The notes under the pieces are model-generated. The model was not told the origin of the DNA and ran no database searches. It saw only the letters and a program-made list of their open reading frames with translations. A DNA stretch of 41,646 nucleotides from Luminiphilus sp. (GTDB lineage Bacteria; Pseudomonadota; Gammaproteobacteria; Pseudomonadales; Halieaceae), in contig CBFHMA010000001.1 of NCBI GenBank assembly GCA_965656775.1, positions 1 through 41,646 on the forward strand, read 5' to 3'. Shown here piece by piece: positions 8,903 through 18,651 of the stretch; position 1 is the first letter of the stretch, and each line of letters starts with the position of its first letter. The translations under genes were made by a program, and so were the position numbers.

Positions 8903-10576
8903 TCAGTTGTTTTCCATCTGAGCCTTAATCAAGTCGCCAATAGTGCCTGGAGAGGCCGCTTCGTCTTGTTGCTTCAACGACGCAACCGCCTCCTTCTCAT
9001 CAGCCATATCTTTGGCTTTGATCGACAGGCCCAAAGATCGGTTCTTACGATCAACGTTCACAATCTTGGCTTCGACGGCTTCGCCGACACTCAAGACCGA
9101 TCGAGCATCTTCTGTACGGTCACGGCTGATATCGGCTACTTTGATGTAACCTTCTACGTCTTCAGCCAGTCTGACCAACGCACCCTTGGCATCGACCTCA
9201 ATAATCTCGCCGGTAACAATGGCACCGCGATCGTTATCGCTGGTGTACATCGTGAAGGCGTCCTCTTCCATCTGCTTGATACCTAAAGAGATACGCTCGC
9301 GTTCAGGATCAATCGACAAAATAACCGTTTCGATTTCATCGCCTTTCTTGTAGTTGCGCACAGCCTCTTCACCGGTTTCATTCCAGCTGATGTCGCTGAG
9401 GTGAACCAGACCGTCGATGTTGCCATTCAGGCCAATGAAGATACCAAAGTCAGTAATTGACTTGATGGTGCCCGAGATACGATCGCCTTTGGCATGGTCA
9501 TCGGCGAATGCATCCCAAGGATTCTGGGTGCACTGCTTAATGCCTAACGAAATACGGCGACGATCTTCATCGATATCCAGGACCATCACCTCGACCTCAT
9601 CGCCCAACTGAACGATTTTGGAGGGGTGTACGTTTTTGTTGGTCCAATCCATTTCGGAGACGTGAACCAAGCCCTCGACGCCCTCTTCGATCTCGGCAAA
9701 ACAACCGTAATCGGTGAGGTTAGTAACCCGTGCTGTCACGCGGCTACCTTCAGGATAACGATTGGTGATTTCGACCCATGGATCTTCACCCAACTGCTTG
9801 AGACCCAGAGATACACGGTTGCGCTCGCGGTCGAACTTGAGGATTTTCACATCCATTTCTTGACCGACTTCAACAATCTCGCTCGGGTGCTTAATACGCT
9901 TCCAAGCCATATCGGTGATGTGCAGTAAACCATCTACACCGCCGAGGTCGACGAATGCGCCGTAGTCCGTCAGATTCTTCACAACACCTTTCACCGCCAT
10001 ACCTTCTTGAAGGTTGGCGAGCAATTCTTCGCGCTCGGCACTGTTAGCCGCTTCCATAACCGCACGGCGCGATACCACAACATTATTGCGCTTCTGGTCG
10101 AGCTTGATAACCTTGAATTCGAGATCCTTACCCTCAAGGTGGGTTGTCTCACGAACTGGACGTACATCAATCAGTGAACCAGGCAAGAACGCACGAATAG
10201 AATCAATATCGACCGTGAATCCACCTTTCACCTTACCGTTGATGATGCCATTAACGACTTCATCGGCAACGTGCGCAGCTTCGAGACGCTTCCATGCCTC
10301 GGCGCGCTTGGCTTTCTCCCGGGATAACTTGGTCTCACCAAAACCGTCTTCAACGGTTTCAAGGGCTACCTGAACCTCGTCACCAATACTCAGGGTGCAC
10401 TCACCACTCGCATTGGTAAATTGATCGAGTGGTATGACACCTTCTGACTTTAAGCCAGCGTGTACGGTTACCCACTCGTTGTCGATGTCAATGACCACGC
10501 CGGTAACAATGGCGCCGGGTTCCATATCGACGGTTTTGAGGCTTTCTTCAAACAGTTCGGCGAAGGATTCGCTCAT
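8903..10576 (-). CDS. rpsA: 30S ribosomal protein S1
   Basis: [13 protein letters not shown], repeated S1 domains ([21 protein letters not shown]), 557 aa. Confidence 0.99.
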   Translation of the reverse strand: MSESFAELFEESLKTVDMEPGAIVTGVVIDIDNEWVTVHAGLKSEGVIPLDQFTNASGECTLSIGDEVQVALETVEDGFGETKLSREKAKRAEAWKRLEAAHVADEVVNGIINGKVKGGFTVDIDSIRAFLPGSLIDVRPVRETTHLEGKDLEFKVIKLDQKRNNVVVSRRAVMEAANSAEREELLANLQEGMAVKGVVKNLTDYGAFVDLGGVDGLLHITDMAWKRIKHPSEIVEVGQEMDVKILKFDRERNRVSLGLKQLGEDPWVEITNRYPEGSRVTARVTNLTDYGCFAEIEEGVEGLVHVSEMDWTNKNVHPSKIVQLGDEVEVMVLDIDEDRRRISLGIKQCTQNPWDAFADDHAKGDRISGTIKSITDFGIFIGLNGNIDGLVHLSDISWNETGEEAVRNYKKGDEIETVILSIDPERERISLGIKQMEEDAFTMYTSDNDRGAIVTGEIIEVDAKGALVRLAEDVEGYIKVADISRDRTEDARSVLSVGEAVEAKIVNVDRKNRSLGLSIKAKDMADEKEAVASLKQQDEAASPGTIGDLIKAQMENN

Positions 10577-10671
10577 TAAATATACCTATTGGTTGGGCAG
10601 CAACAGCTACCTCCGGTTTCCAGACCAAACCGGGTCATGTCAAAAGAGCGGTATTCCGTGGAGTCTGGCCG
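10577..10671 (-). promoter_or_regulatory. Structured rpsA leader (probable S1 autoregulatory element)
   Basis: Hairpins CCGGUUU-GGUCUGG-AAACCGG (10613-10633) and GGUAGC-UGUU-GCUGCC (10596-10611). Weak SD in an AU-rich context, as known for gammaproteobacterial rpsA leaders. Confidence 0.5.
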
Positions 10672-11361
10672 TCAGCCGGAAGCCCGCGTTTCCAATCCTC
10701 TGGTAGCAACAAGGTCGAGCACGCGGCTGAAGACTGCATCTACAGACAGCTCAGTGCTGTCGATGGTGACGGCGTCCTCCGCGGCTATGAGCGGTGACAC
10801 CTCGCGATTAGCGTCGCGGGCATCCCGCTCCTTGATGGCTTCAAGAAGGCGCGGCAGGCTAACACTTTCGCCTCGGGCGAGCAACTGTGAATATCGGCGC
10901 TGTGCTCGAGCCTCTGGAGAGGCCGAAAGAAACACTTTTAACGGTGCGCCCGGAAATACCACGGTACCCATATCACGACCATCGGCGACCAAACCGGGCG
11001 CCGTCGCCAACAGTCGTTGCCGCTCGAGTAAGGCGGTCCTGACCTCGGGAATGACAGCCACTGCCGATGCGCCCCGCCCCCCTTCTTCGGAGCGTACAGC
11101 ACGGGTCACGTCCTGCCCTGCAAGCAAGACATCGACCCCATCAACACCCGGACGAAATTGCACATCAAGTTTTTTCGCTGCTTTTATGACCGCCGACTCG
11201 TCATCCCAAGCAATGTCAGCCAAGACGCAGGCGTGGCCCAACACCCTGTATAGAGCGCCGCTGTCCAGTAAATGCCAACCGAGATGCTCAGCTAAACGCT
11301 TGGCAATGGTTCCTTTGCCAGCGCCACTGGGTCCGTCGATACAGATGACCGACACTGTCAC
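10672..11361 (-). CDS. cmk: Cytidylate kinase
   Basis: IDGPSGAGKGT P-loop, LDSGALYR, ADGRDMGTVVFP. Confidence 0.97.
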   Translation of the reverse strand: MTVSVICIDGPSGAGKGTIAKRLAEHLGWHLLDSGALYRVLGHACVLADIAWDDESAVIKAAKKLDVQFRPGVDGVDVLLAGQDVTRAVRSEEGGRGASAVAVIPEVRTALLERQRLLATAPGLVADGRDMGTVVFPGAPLKVFLSASPEARAQRRYSQLLARGESVSLPRLLEAIKERDARDANREVSPLIAAEDAVTIDSTELSVDAVFSRVLDLVATRGLETRASG

Positions 11362-12680
11362 GACGTACTCGGGTTCTCGTTAGACACCACCTCGAGGCCG
11401 AGGCCAGCACCTGCTGAGAGCTGCGCAAAACCTGGAAATGATGTGGCCACGTGATCGCAATCAAGGATTTCAATGGGACCACGGGCGCGCAGCGCCGCCA
11501 TTGCAAAGCTCATTGCAATCCGATGATCGTGAAAAGTCTCTACGGCACCCGCCCCGAACTCACCACCGTGAATGATAATGCCGTCATGGAGCACTTTGTT
11601 GTCAATGCCCAACGTGGTCAGTCCAGCCGCCATGCTCGCAATCCGGTCACTCTCTTTAACTCGGAGCTCCTCAGCGCCGCTGAGTGTTGTTGTACCCTCG
11701 GCACACGCAGCGGCGATGAACAAAGCGGGGAATTCGTCAATCGCCAACGGCACTTCTTCCTGCGGTATATCAATACCCCGTAGCGGTGCCGACTTAACCC
11801 GTAAATCGGCAACAGGTTCACCGCCAACCTCGCGTTCATTGAGCACCGTAATATCCGCACCCATCAGCTGCAAAATGGTGAGTACACCGGTCCTCGTGGG
11901 GTTCATACCCACATGCTGAAGCAGCAAATCAGAGCCGGCCGCAATGCTGGCGCCGACCAGAAAGAAGGCTGCTGAGGAGATATCGGCGGGGATATCGATA
12001 TCGGCTCCCTGAAGGGTTCCGCCACCCTCAAGGCCGATCACACCATTGTGGTTTTCCACTGAATAACCGAAACCGCGCAACATACGCTCGGTGTGGTCTC
12101 GGGTTGGCGCAGGCTCGGTGACCGACGTTCGGCCACTTGCAAACAAACCTACGAGTAGCACGCAGGACTTAACTTGGGCACTGGCCATCGGCAAGTCGTA
12201 ATGTATCCCTTGAAGCGCACAACCACCGCGTACCGACAGGGGTGGCAAGCCATTGTCCTGAGACTCAATGGCCGCACCCATGCGCGCAAGAGGTGTCATA
12301 ACACGCCCCATGGGACGACGCAGCAGGGAGGCGTCGCCGGTGAGTACACTGTCAAACGACTGGCCGGCCAGAATACCGCTGAGCAAACGCATTGATGTGC
12401 CAGAGTTGCCCATGTCGAGCACAGCCTTGGGAGCCTTCAACCCACCCAACCCTACACCATGAATGGTTAGGCGACCCTCGGAGGGGCCATCAATGGTCAC
12501 ACCCATCGCTCGAAAAGCAGCAACCGTGGCCAGCGCATCATCGCCTTCGAGAAAGCCGCTCACATTGGTTGTGCCCTCTGCGAGACTGCCTAACATGACA
12601 GAGCGATGCGACATGGATTTGTCACCGGGGACCCGCAAAGTCCCTGTCAGGCTTCCGCCTGGCTGTACGCAAAATTTCAT
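11358..12680 (-). CDS. aroA: 3-phosphoshikimate 1-carboxyvinyltransferase (EPSP synthase, class II type)
   Basis: PGDKSMSHR, DMGNSGT, SAQVKS, RDHTERML, ELRVKESDRI, DHRIAM. Confidence 0.97.
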   Translation of the reverse strand: MKFCVQPGGSLTGTLRVPGDKSMSHRSVMLGSLAEGTTNVSGFLEGDDALATVAAFRAMGVTIDGPSEGRLTIHGVGLGGLKAPKAVLDMGNSGTSMRLLSGILAGQSFDSVLTGDASLLRRPMGRVMTPLARMGAAIESQDNGLPPLSVRGGCALQGIHYDLPMASAQVKSCVLLVGLFASGRTSVTEPAPTRDHTERMLRGFGYSVENHNGVIGLEGGGTLQGADIDIPADISSAAFFLVGASIAAGSDLLLQHVGMNPTRTGVLTILQLMGADITVLNEREVGGEPVADLRVKSAPLRGIDIPQEEVPLAIDEFPALFIAAACAEGTTTLSGAEELRVKESDRIASMAAGLTTLGIDNKVLHDGIIIHGGEFGAGAVETFHDHRIAMSFAMAALRARGPIEILDCDHVATSFPGFAQLSAGAGLGLEVVSNENPSTS

Positions 12681-13621
12681 TTCCGCGACGTCTCCTTAGC
12701 AGCGACCGGTCGCGATCCGGTCTCAGAGTATGCACTTGCTTCTGCAATTGGGTTTAACACCGCATCATTGGCTCGGCGGACTTCACGACACCGCTGAAAA
12801 TACTGCTCCATAGCTGCACCATCAGCGGCCTCGATGAGGGCCCTTAACCGCATCAATTCACCCTCAACATCATCGAGGGCAACCAGCAACGCATCTCGGT
12901 TAGTCATGGCAATATCTCGCCACATAATAGGATCTGAGCCCGCTATTCGCGTCATGTCGCGCAACGCACCACCACCATGCTGAAAGGGTGATAAGGGGTT
13001 GTCCGCCAATGCCATGGTCAGTGCATAGGCCACCATGTGAGGTGAGTGACTACTCGCAGCCAACGCAGCATCGTGATCGGCTACTGACAAACAAGAGACC
13101 CGCGCACCGGTGAAATGCCACATGGCTGAGACCTCGGCAGTGGCACTGGGATGGGTATGCTCGGTGGGCGTTAAGATAATTTCTCGACCCGCAAATAGAT
13201 CGGCCTTGGCAGCGCCCACACCACTATCTTCAGAACCTGCAATCGGGTGCCCGGGCACATAGCCCCCATAGTCACTTCCCGCGCGCTCAATGACCCAACC
13301 TTTGATACTGGCCATATCAGTGATGATTGGCTGTTGCGACAGGTGCTTTAACCGAGGGAGCAACTCAGCCAGAAGCCCTCCGGTGGCAATCGGTGGTGCG
13401 CCCACAACGATCATATCGGCCTCACTGATCACCGAATCGAGATCCAAACTCCAGCTATCAATCACACCGAGGGTCTGACCAAGCTCAAGGCTGGGAGCGC
13501 GCGGGCCCCACGCACAAATATGCCCAGCCCAGCCCTGGGCTTTGAGGGCACGTGCTAGGGATCCCGAAATCAGGCCCAAACCCAACAGGGCTATTCGCTG
13601 AGAGGAAAATGAAACAGCCAC
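12677..13621 (-). CDS. tyrA: Prephenate/cyclohexadienyl dehydrogenase
   Basis: Rossmann GLGLISGS, TDMASIK, GHPIAGSE, HD...SHSPH, RDMTRIA. Lies between pheA and aroA. Confidence 0.9.
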   Translation of the reverse strand: MAVSFSSQRIALLGLGLISGSLARALKAQGWAGHICAWGPRAPSLELGQTLGVIDSWSLDLDSVISEADMIVVGAPPIATGGLLAELLPRLKHLSQQPIITDMASIKGWVIERAGSDYGGYVPGHPIAGSEDSGVGAAKADLFAGREIILTPTEHTHPSATAEVSAMWHFTGARVSCLSVADHDAALAASSHSPHMVAYALTMALADNPLSPFQHGGGALRDMTRIAGSDPIMWRDIAMTNRDALLVALDDVEGELMRLRALIEAADGAAMEQYFQRCREVRRANDAVLNPIAEASAYSETGSRPVAAKETSRK

Positions 13622-13634
13622 TATCCCACCGTGC

Positions 13635-14750
13635 TCAGATGGGTGCGCGGGGATATGACCCGAGACGTTTAAGCATAATAGAGTGCTCTTCCAACTCGGC
13701 CATGATAGCTGCTATCACGTCATCCATGACGTGACCTTCGCACTCGATATAGAACACGTAAGTCCATTTTTCTGTTTTTGATGGCCGAGAATCAATGCGC
13801 GTCAAACTGACACCACTCTCCTCAAAGGGTCTTAATAAGCTGAGCAAAGCACCGGGTTTGTTGCGTGCCGCCACCAGGATTGATGTTTTGTCCAGGCCAC
13901 TGCGAGGCACCGACTCGCGTCCCAACACCAAAAAGCGCGTGGTATTACTGGCGATATCCTGAATGGCCTCGGCCACCTTCTTCAGACTATAGGTTTCCGC
14001 CGCGAGATCGCCCGCAATCGCGGCAACACCGATGCTCTCCTGTGCTTTTCGCGCAGCCTCACCATTACTCGAGCAGGCTTCTCGCGGGGTCGTAGGATAG
14101 TGAGCATCTAGCCAGCCGCGACATTGAGCTAACGCCTGCTCATGACCATAAATACGCGTTAACTTCTCAGAATCGGTACCCGACGCAGCCAGCAAGTGGT
14201 GCACCACAGGTAATTCAACCTCACCCACAATCTGCAGCGGTGATTCGAGAAAACTATCAAGGGTTTGCCCAACCATGCCTTCAGTAGAGTTTTCTACAGG
14301 GACAACGCCAAAGTCGCAGTGACGATCTTCAACCTGTCGGAACACCGCTCTAATGGAAGTGTGCGCACTGGGCACCGCCGATTGACCGAAATGTTTGAGG
14401 GAAGCAGCCTGGGTGTAGGTGCCCGGAGGGCCCAAGTAAGCGACGCTTAAGGGTTGCTCAAGGGCCAGGCAACTGGACATTATTTCCCTAAAAATTCGTG
14501 CCACTTGGTCGTCGGGCAGTGGGCCGGGATTGCGCTCTTGAATCGCACGCAGTACCTGAGCTTCCCGCTCGGGCCGGTAGAACAGCGGGCTATCGCTCTG
14601 ACCCGACAAACCGTCCTGCTGCTGGGCCGTAAGCTTGATTTCGGCAACTTTCTGGGCGCACCGCGCTCGCTCACTGATCAAGCCTAAGAGCGTTTTATCG
14701 ATGCGATCAATGTCAGCACGCACCGCGGCCAGTTGTTCGTCAGTTGCCAT
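13635..14750 (-). CDS. pheA: Chorismate mutase/prephenate dehydratase (P-protein)
   Basis: AroQ domain (R.DID.ID...ERA, YRPERE), PVENSTEG, NTTRF, and an ACT domain with SRPS. Confidence 0.96.
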   Translation of the reverse strand: MATDEQLAAVRADIDRIDKTLLGLISERARCAQKVAEIKLTAQQQDGLSGQSDSPLFYRPEREAQVLRAIQERNPGPLPDDQVARIFREIMSSCLALEQPLSVAYLGPPGTYTQAASLKHFGQSAVPSAHTSIRAVFRQVEDRHCDFGVVPVENSTEGMVGQTLDSFLESPLQIVGEVELPVVHHLLAASGTDSEKLTRIYGHEQALAQCRGWLDAHYPTTPREACSSNGEAARKAQESIGVAAIAGDLAAETYSLKKVAEAIQDIASNTTRFLVLGRESVPRSGLDKTSILVAARNKPGALLSLLRPFEESGVSLTRIDSRPSKTEKWTYVFYIECEGHVMDDVIAAIMAELEEHSIMLKRLGSYPRAPI

Positions 14751-14755
14751 ACCTG

Positions 14756-15835
14756 TCAGCCGTGTTGCTGTTCAAAGGTTTTCATAAAGGCACAAAGCGC
14801 ATCGACGGACGCCTCGGGCACCGCATTGTAAAGACTCGCCCGCATACCACCTACTGAGCGATGGCCTTTGAGGTTTAACAAATTCAGCTGCTCGGCTTCC
14901 GCAAGGAACCGGGCGTCCAGCGCTGGATCTACTATTGTGAAGGGAATATTCATGATCGAGCGATCGCAGGGGTCAATGGGATTACTGTAGAAATCACTGC
15001 CATCGATAAGCTCATACAGCTTGTCCGCTTTACGACGATTGATGATCTCGATCGCCGACAGCCCACCCAACGCCTCAAGCCACTGGAATACCAATCCCGC
15101 CAGATAAATAGCGAATGTGGGGGGGGTGTTAGCCATTGATTGGTGCTCGGCTGCCAGCTGCCAACTGAGACTTGCGGGGCAATCTTCGCGCACCTGCGAT
15201 AACAGTGATCGCCGCACAATCAAGAGCGTCAAACCAGCCGGGCCTATATTCTTTTGCGCGCCGGCGTAGATCACATCAAATTGATTGACATCGAGGGGGC
15301 CAGCCAACAGTACCGACGACATATCGGCAACCAAGGGTACCGGCACGGTAGGCACCCAGGGGAATGCCAAACCGCCAATGGTCTCATTGGGACAATAATG
15401 GCAATAACGCGCGTTATCACTGAGTTGCCACGTGTCCAGCGCAGGAACTGACCTAAAGCCTACCTCTTCAGAGCTAGCAATAGCTGTGGCATGAACCAAT
15501 CGCCGACCCTCTGACAGCGCTTTCTTCGACCACTGCCCAGAGACAACGTAGTCGGCGACGTCCGTCGACGCAGCCAAATTCAAAGGTACCGCAGAGAATT
15601 GTTGGCTCGCACCACCCTGCAGAAACAACACCGCATAGTCATCGCTAATCGACAACAAACGACGTAACGATGCTTCTGCAGCGTCAATAACGCCCATGAA
15701 TTCAGCGCTTCTATGGCTGACCTCCATGACGGAGCATCCCAGTCCACGCCAATCGAGCAGCTCAGCCTGAGCGCGCGCTAGAACCGACTCGGGTAAGGCC
15801 GCCGGACCCGCACAAAAATTGTGAGCACGTGCCAC
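14756..15835 (-). CDS. serC: Phosphoserine aminotransferase
   Basis: NFCAGPA, GAQKNIGPAG (PLP lysine), NTPP, GHRSVGGMRAS. Confidence 0.97.
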   Translation of the reverse strand: MARAHNFCAGPAALPESVLARAQAELLDWRGLGCSVMEVSHRSAEFMGVIDAAEASLRRLLSISDDYAVLFLQGGASQQFSAVPLNLAASTDVADYVVSGQWSKKALSEGRRLVHATAIASSEEVGFRSVPALDTWQLSDNARYCHYCPNETIGGLAFPWVPTVPVPLVADMSSVLLAGPLDVNQFDVIYAGAQKNIGPAGLTLLIVRRSLLSQVREDCPASLSWQLAAEHQSMANTPPTFAIYLAGLVFQWLEALGGLSAIEIINRRKADKLYELIDGSDFYSNPIDPCDRSIMNIPFTIVDPALDARFLAEAEQLNLLNLKGHRSVGGMRASLYNAVPEASVDALCAFMKTFEQQHG

Positions 15836-15838
15836 CCG

Positions 15839-18493
15839 CTACACCTCTTGGTCTGCGGCACCATCAGTACTGTCAATGGGCTCATTAGTTTCAGATGCGG
15901 TCGGTTCGTTGCCCACTTCTGGCGCTGTTGTGGTTGCAGCCAATTCACTCGCGTCGTCTTCGGCAATGCGACTGACACTCACTAGGTGCTCATCCTCACG
16001 GGTGCGAATGACCCGCACCCCCTGGGTGTTACGACCCAACACAGAAATCTCGTCAACCCGGGTCCGTACCGCCGTACCCGCGTCGGAGATCAGCATGATT
16101 TCATCACCCGAAAACACCTGCTCCGCACCCACGAGGGACCCATTGCGAGCTGTGGTAGCCATGGCGATGACACCCTTGGTGCCCCGCCCTTTCTGGGGGA
16201 AGTCCGCCATGGCGGTAACCTTGCCGTAGCCTTTCTCTGAGACCGTTAGAATTTGGCCACCGGCCTTGGGTACAACCAGTGACAGTAGCCGATGTTGTGC
16301 CGGCAAACTAATCCCACGCACACCCCGAGCGGTGCGTCCCATGGCGCGCACCGCATCTTCAGAGAAACGTACCGCCTTGCCCTCACTAGAGAACAGCATA
16401 ATATCGCAGCCACCGTCGGTGACCGCGGTACCCACCAGCCAATCGTCTGCCTCGAGCTCAATAGCTCGAAGCCCGACGCTACGCTGACGAGCAAACTGAG
16501 CCATATCCGTTTTCTTAACGATACCCTTCGCCGTTGCCATAAATATGTAGTGGTTCTCGACATAACCATCGACGGGCAGTATCGACGTGATTCGCTCGCC
16601 GTCATCAAGGGGAAGCAAGTTCACCATCGGGCGGCCACGGGAATTTCTGCTGGCTAAGGGAATATGGAATACCCGTAGCCAGTACACCTTACCCAGATTA
16701 GAGAAGCACAGGATGGTGGCGTGGGTGCTGGCGATGAGCAAGTGCTCGACGAAATCTTCATCTTTCACCGATGTTGCCGAACGCCCCGTACCGCCCCGTC
16801 GCTGTGCTTGGTAGTCGGTAAGGGGTTGGGTTTTGGCATAACCGCCGTGAGAAATCGTGACCACACGATCCTCTTCGGTAATAAGGTCCTCTACTTTCAG
16901 GTCATGGGGCGAGTCGGTTATCTCGGTCAAGCGATCATCGCCGAACTCCTCCACAATCTCGATTAACTCATCTCGAATGACCCGGCGGAGTCGCTCAGGA
17001 TCGCCCAAAATTTCTAGATAATCGGCAATTTCCGATAGTTTATCGGCGTATTCCTGCAATAACTTCTCGTGCTCAAGACCCGTCAGTCGATGTAAGCGCA
17101 AATCAAGAATAGCTTGAGCCTGAGCGGGTGACAGATGGTAAGCGCCATCGTGGAGTCCGTAATGGGGCTCGAGAGCATCCGGTTTGCAAGCGTCGGCTCC
17201 CGCTCGTTCGAGCATAGCGGTGACATCGCCAGAGGCCCAGGGTCGAATGATCAAACGCTCCTTGGCATCGGCAGAGGTGGGCGAGCTTTTGATCAGCTCG
17301 ATAATCTCATCGATATTGGCCAACGCTATCGCCAATCCTTCGAGTACGTGACCCCGTTCCCGCGCCTTGCGTAGCAAATAAACGGTGCGTCGGGTCACCA
17401 CCTCACGGCGATGGCGCACAAACGCTTCAATCATCTGCAGTAAATTCAGAACCTTGGGCTGGCCATCGACCAGGGCGACCATGTTAATGCCAACCACAGA
17501 CTGCAGCTGGGTCTGGGCATACAAGTTATTGAGTACGACATCGCCCACTTCACCGCGACGCAACTCGATAACGACTCGCAAGCCATCCTTGTCAGACTCG
17601 TCGCGCAGCTCTGTAATGCCCTCGATTTTCTTTTCTTTCACCAGCTCGGCGATACGCTCAACCAACCGTGCCTTGTTAAGTTGGTAGGGAATTTCGTGCA
17701 CGATAATAATATCTTTACCGCGGCTTTCGTCGGTGATGACTTCCGCCTTGGCACGCACGTAAATCCGACCACGGCCCGTACGGTAGGCCTGCACAATACC
17801 TGCGCGGCCATTGATAATGGCCCCCGTGGGAAAGTCGGGGCCGGGGATGTACTCCATCAAGCCATCAACGGTGATGTCCGGGTTATCGATGTAGGCAATA
17901 CACCCTGCGATAACCTCACGCATGTTGTGCGGTGGAATGTTGGTCGCCATACCCACGGCAATACCAGACGACCCATTGACGAGCAGATTGGGGACCCGCG
18001 TAGGCAGCACCGATGGAATCATCTCGGTGCCATCGTAGTTCTCGACAAAGTCAACGGTCTCTTTGTCGAGGTCCGCCAGCAACGAGTGGGCCAGTTTATC
18101 CATCCGAATTTCGGTGTAGCGCATGGCGGCTGCGGAGTCACCATCGACTGAGCCGAAGTTACCTTGACCATCGACCAAGGTGTAGCGCAGCGAAAAGTCC
18201 TGTGCCATACGCACAATCGTGTCGTAGACCGCTGAATCACCGTGGGGATGGTATTTACCGATAACGTCGCCCACGACCCTGGCAGATTTTTTATAGGGCT
18301 TGTTCCAATCGTTATTCAGCTCGTTCATGGCGAACAAAACCCGTCTGTGAACGGGTTTCAAGCCATCGCGCACGTCGGGCAGGGCTCGACCGACGATAAC
18401 GCTCATGGCGTAATCCATATACGACTGTTTAAGTTCGTCCTCGATGTTGACGGGGAGGACTTCACGGGCAATATTTTTCGGAGTCTCTGCCAT
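15839..18493 (-). CDS. gyrA: DNA gyrase subunit A
   Basis: [30 protein letters not shown] catalytic tyrosine, GyrA box QRRGGTG, acidic C-terminal tail. Confidence 0.99.
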   Translation of the reverse strand: MAETPKNIAREVLPVNIEDELKQSYMDYAMSVIVGRALPDVRDGLKPVHRRVLFAMNELNNDWNKPYKKSARVVGDVIGKYHPHGDSAVYDTIVRMAQDFSLRYTLVDGQGNFGSVDGDSAAAMRYTEIRMDKLAHSLLADLDKETVDFVENYDGTEMIPSVLPTRVPNLLVNGSSGIAVGMATNIPPHNMREVIAGCIAYIDNPDITVDGLMEYIPGPDFPTGAIINGRAGIVQAYRTGRGRIYVRAKAEVITDESRGKDIIIVHEIPYQLNKARLVERIAELVKEKKIEGITELRDESDKDGLRVVIELRRGEVGDVVLNNLYAQTQLQSVVGINMVALVDGQPKVLNLLQMIEAFVRHRREVVTRRTVYLLRKARERGHVLEGLAIALANIDEIIELIKSSPTSADAKERLIIRPWASGDVTAMLERAGADACKPDALEPHYGLHDGAYHLSPAQAQAILDLRLHRLTGLEHEKLLQEYADKLSEIADYLEILGDPERLRRVIRDELIEIVEEFGDDRLTEITDSPHDLKVEDLITEEDRVVTISHGGYAKTQPLTDYQAQRRGGTGRSATSVKDEDFVEHLLIASTHATILCFSNLGKVYWLRVFHIPLASRNSRGRPMVNLLPLDDGERITSILPVDGYVENHYIFMATAKGIVKKTDMAQFARQRSVGLRAIELEADDWLVGTAVTDGGCDIMLFSSEGKAVRFSEDAVRAMGRTARGVRGISLPAQHRLLSLVVPKAGGQILTVSEKGYGKVTAMADFPQKGRGTKGVIAMATTARNGSLVGAEQVFSGDEIMLISDAGTAVRTRVDEISVLGRNTQGVRVIRTREDEHLVSVSRIAEDDASELAATTTAPEVGNEPTASETNEPIDSTDGAADQEV

Positions 18494-18579
18494 TCGGCCT
18501 GCTTCGCTGCGGGAGGGAATTCGGTATTGTTAACCCGCCGAGAGTACCAAATTTCCGCGGCGACGGCCATTTGATCTCA

Positions 18580-18618
18580 GTCAATGGGACGTCAATGGGT
18601 CAGTCCCGCTATACTGCG
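18580..18618 (+). promoter_or_regulatory. Candidate sigma70 promoter (-10 TATACT) of the deaminase-ubiG operon, with a tandem GTCAATGGG direct repeat
   Basis: GTCAATGGG at 18580-18588 and 18591-18599 (11-bp period); TATACT at 18610-18615. Confidence 0.45.
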
Positions 18619-18651
18619 ACACTCCAACGCCACCTTACTAGCGCTCATGCC

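Noticed and set aside
18200-18262. GyrA quinolone-resistance-determining region
   Set aside because: The sequence HGDSAVYD has wild-type Ser83 and Asp87 equivalents, so there is no resistance substitution.
8943-18574. Many long antisense ORFs opposite rpsA, cmk (264 aa at 10589-11383), aroA and gyrA
   Set aside because: They are shadow ORFs produced by the codon bias of conserved genes: Ser/Thr/Arg-rich, without motifs or RBS.
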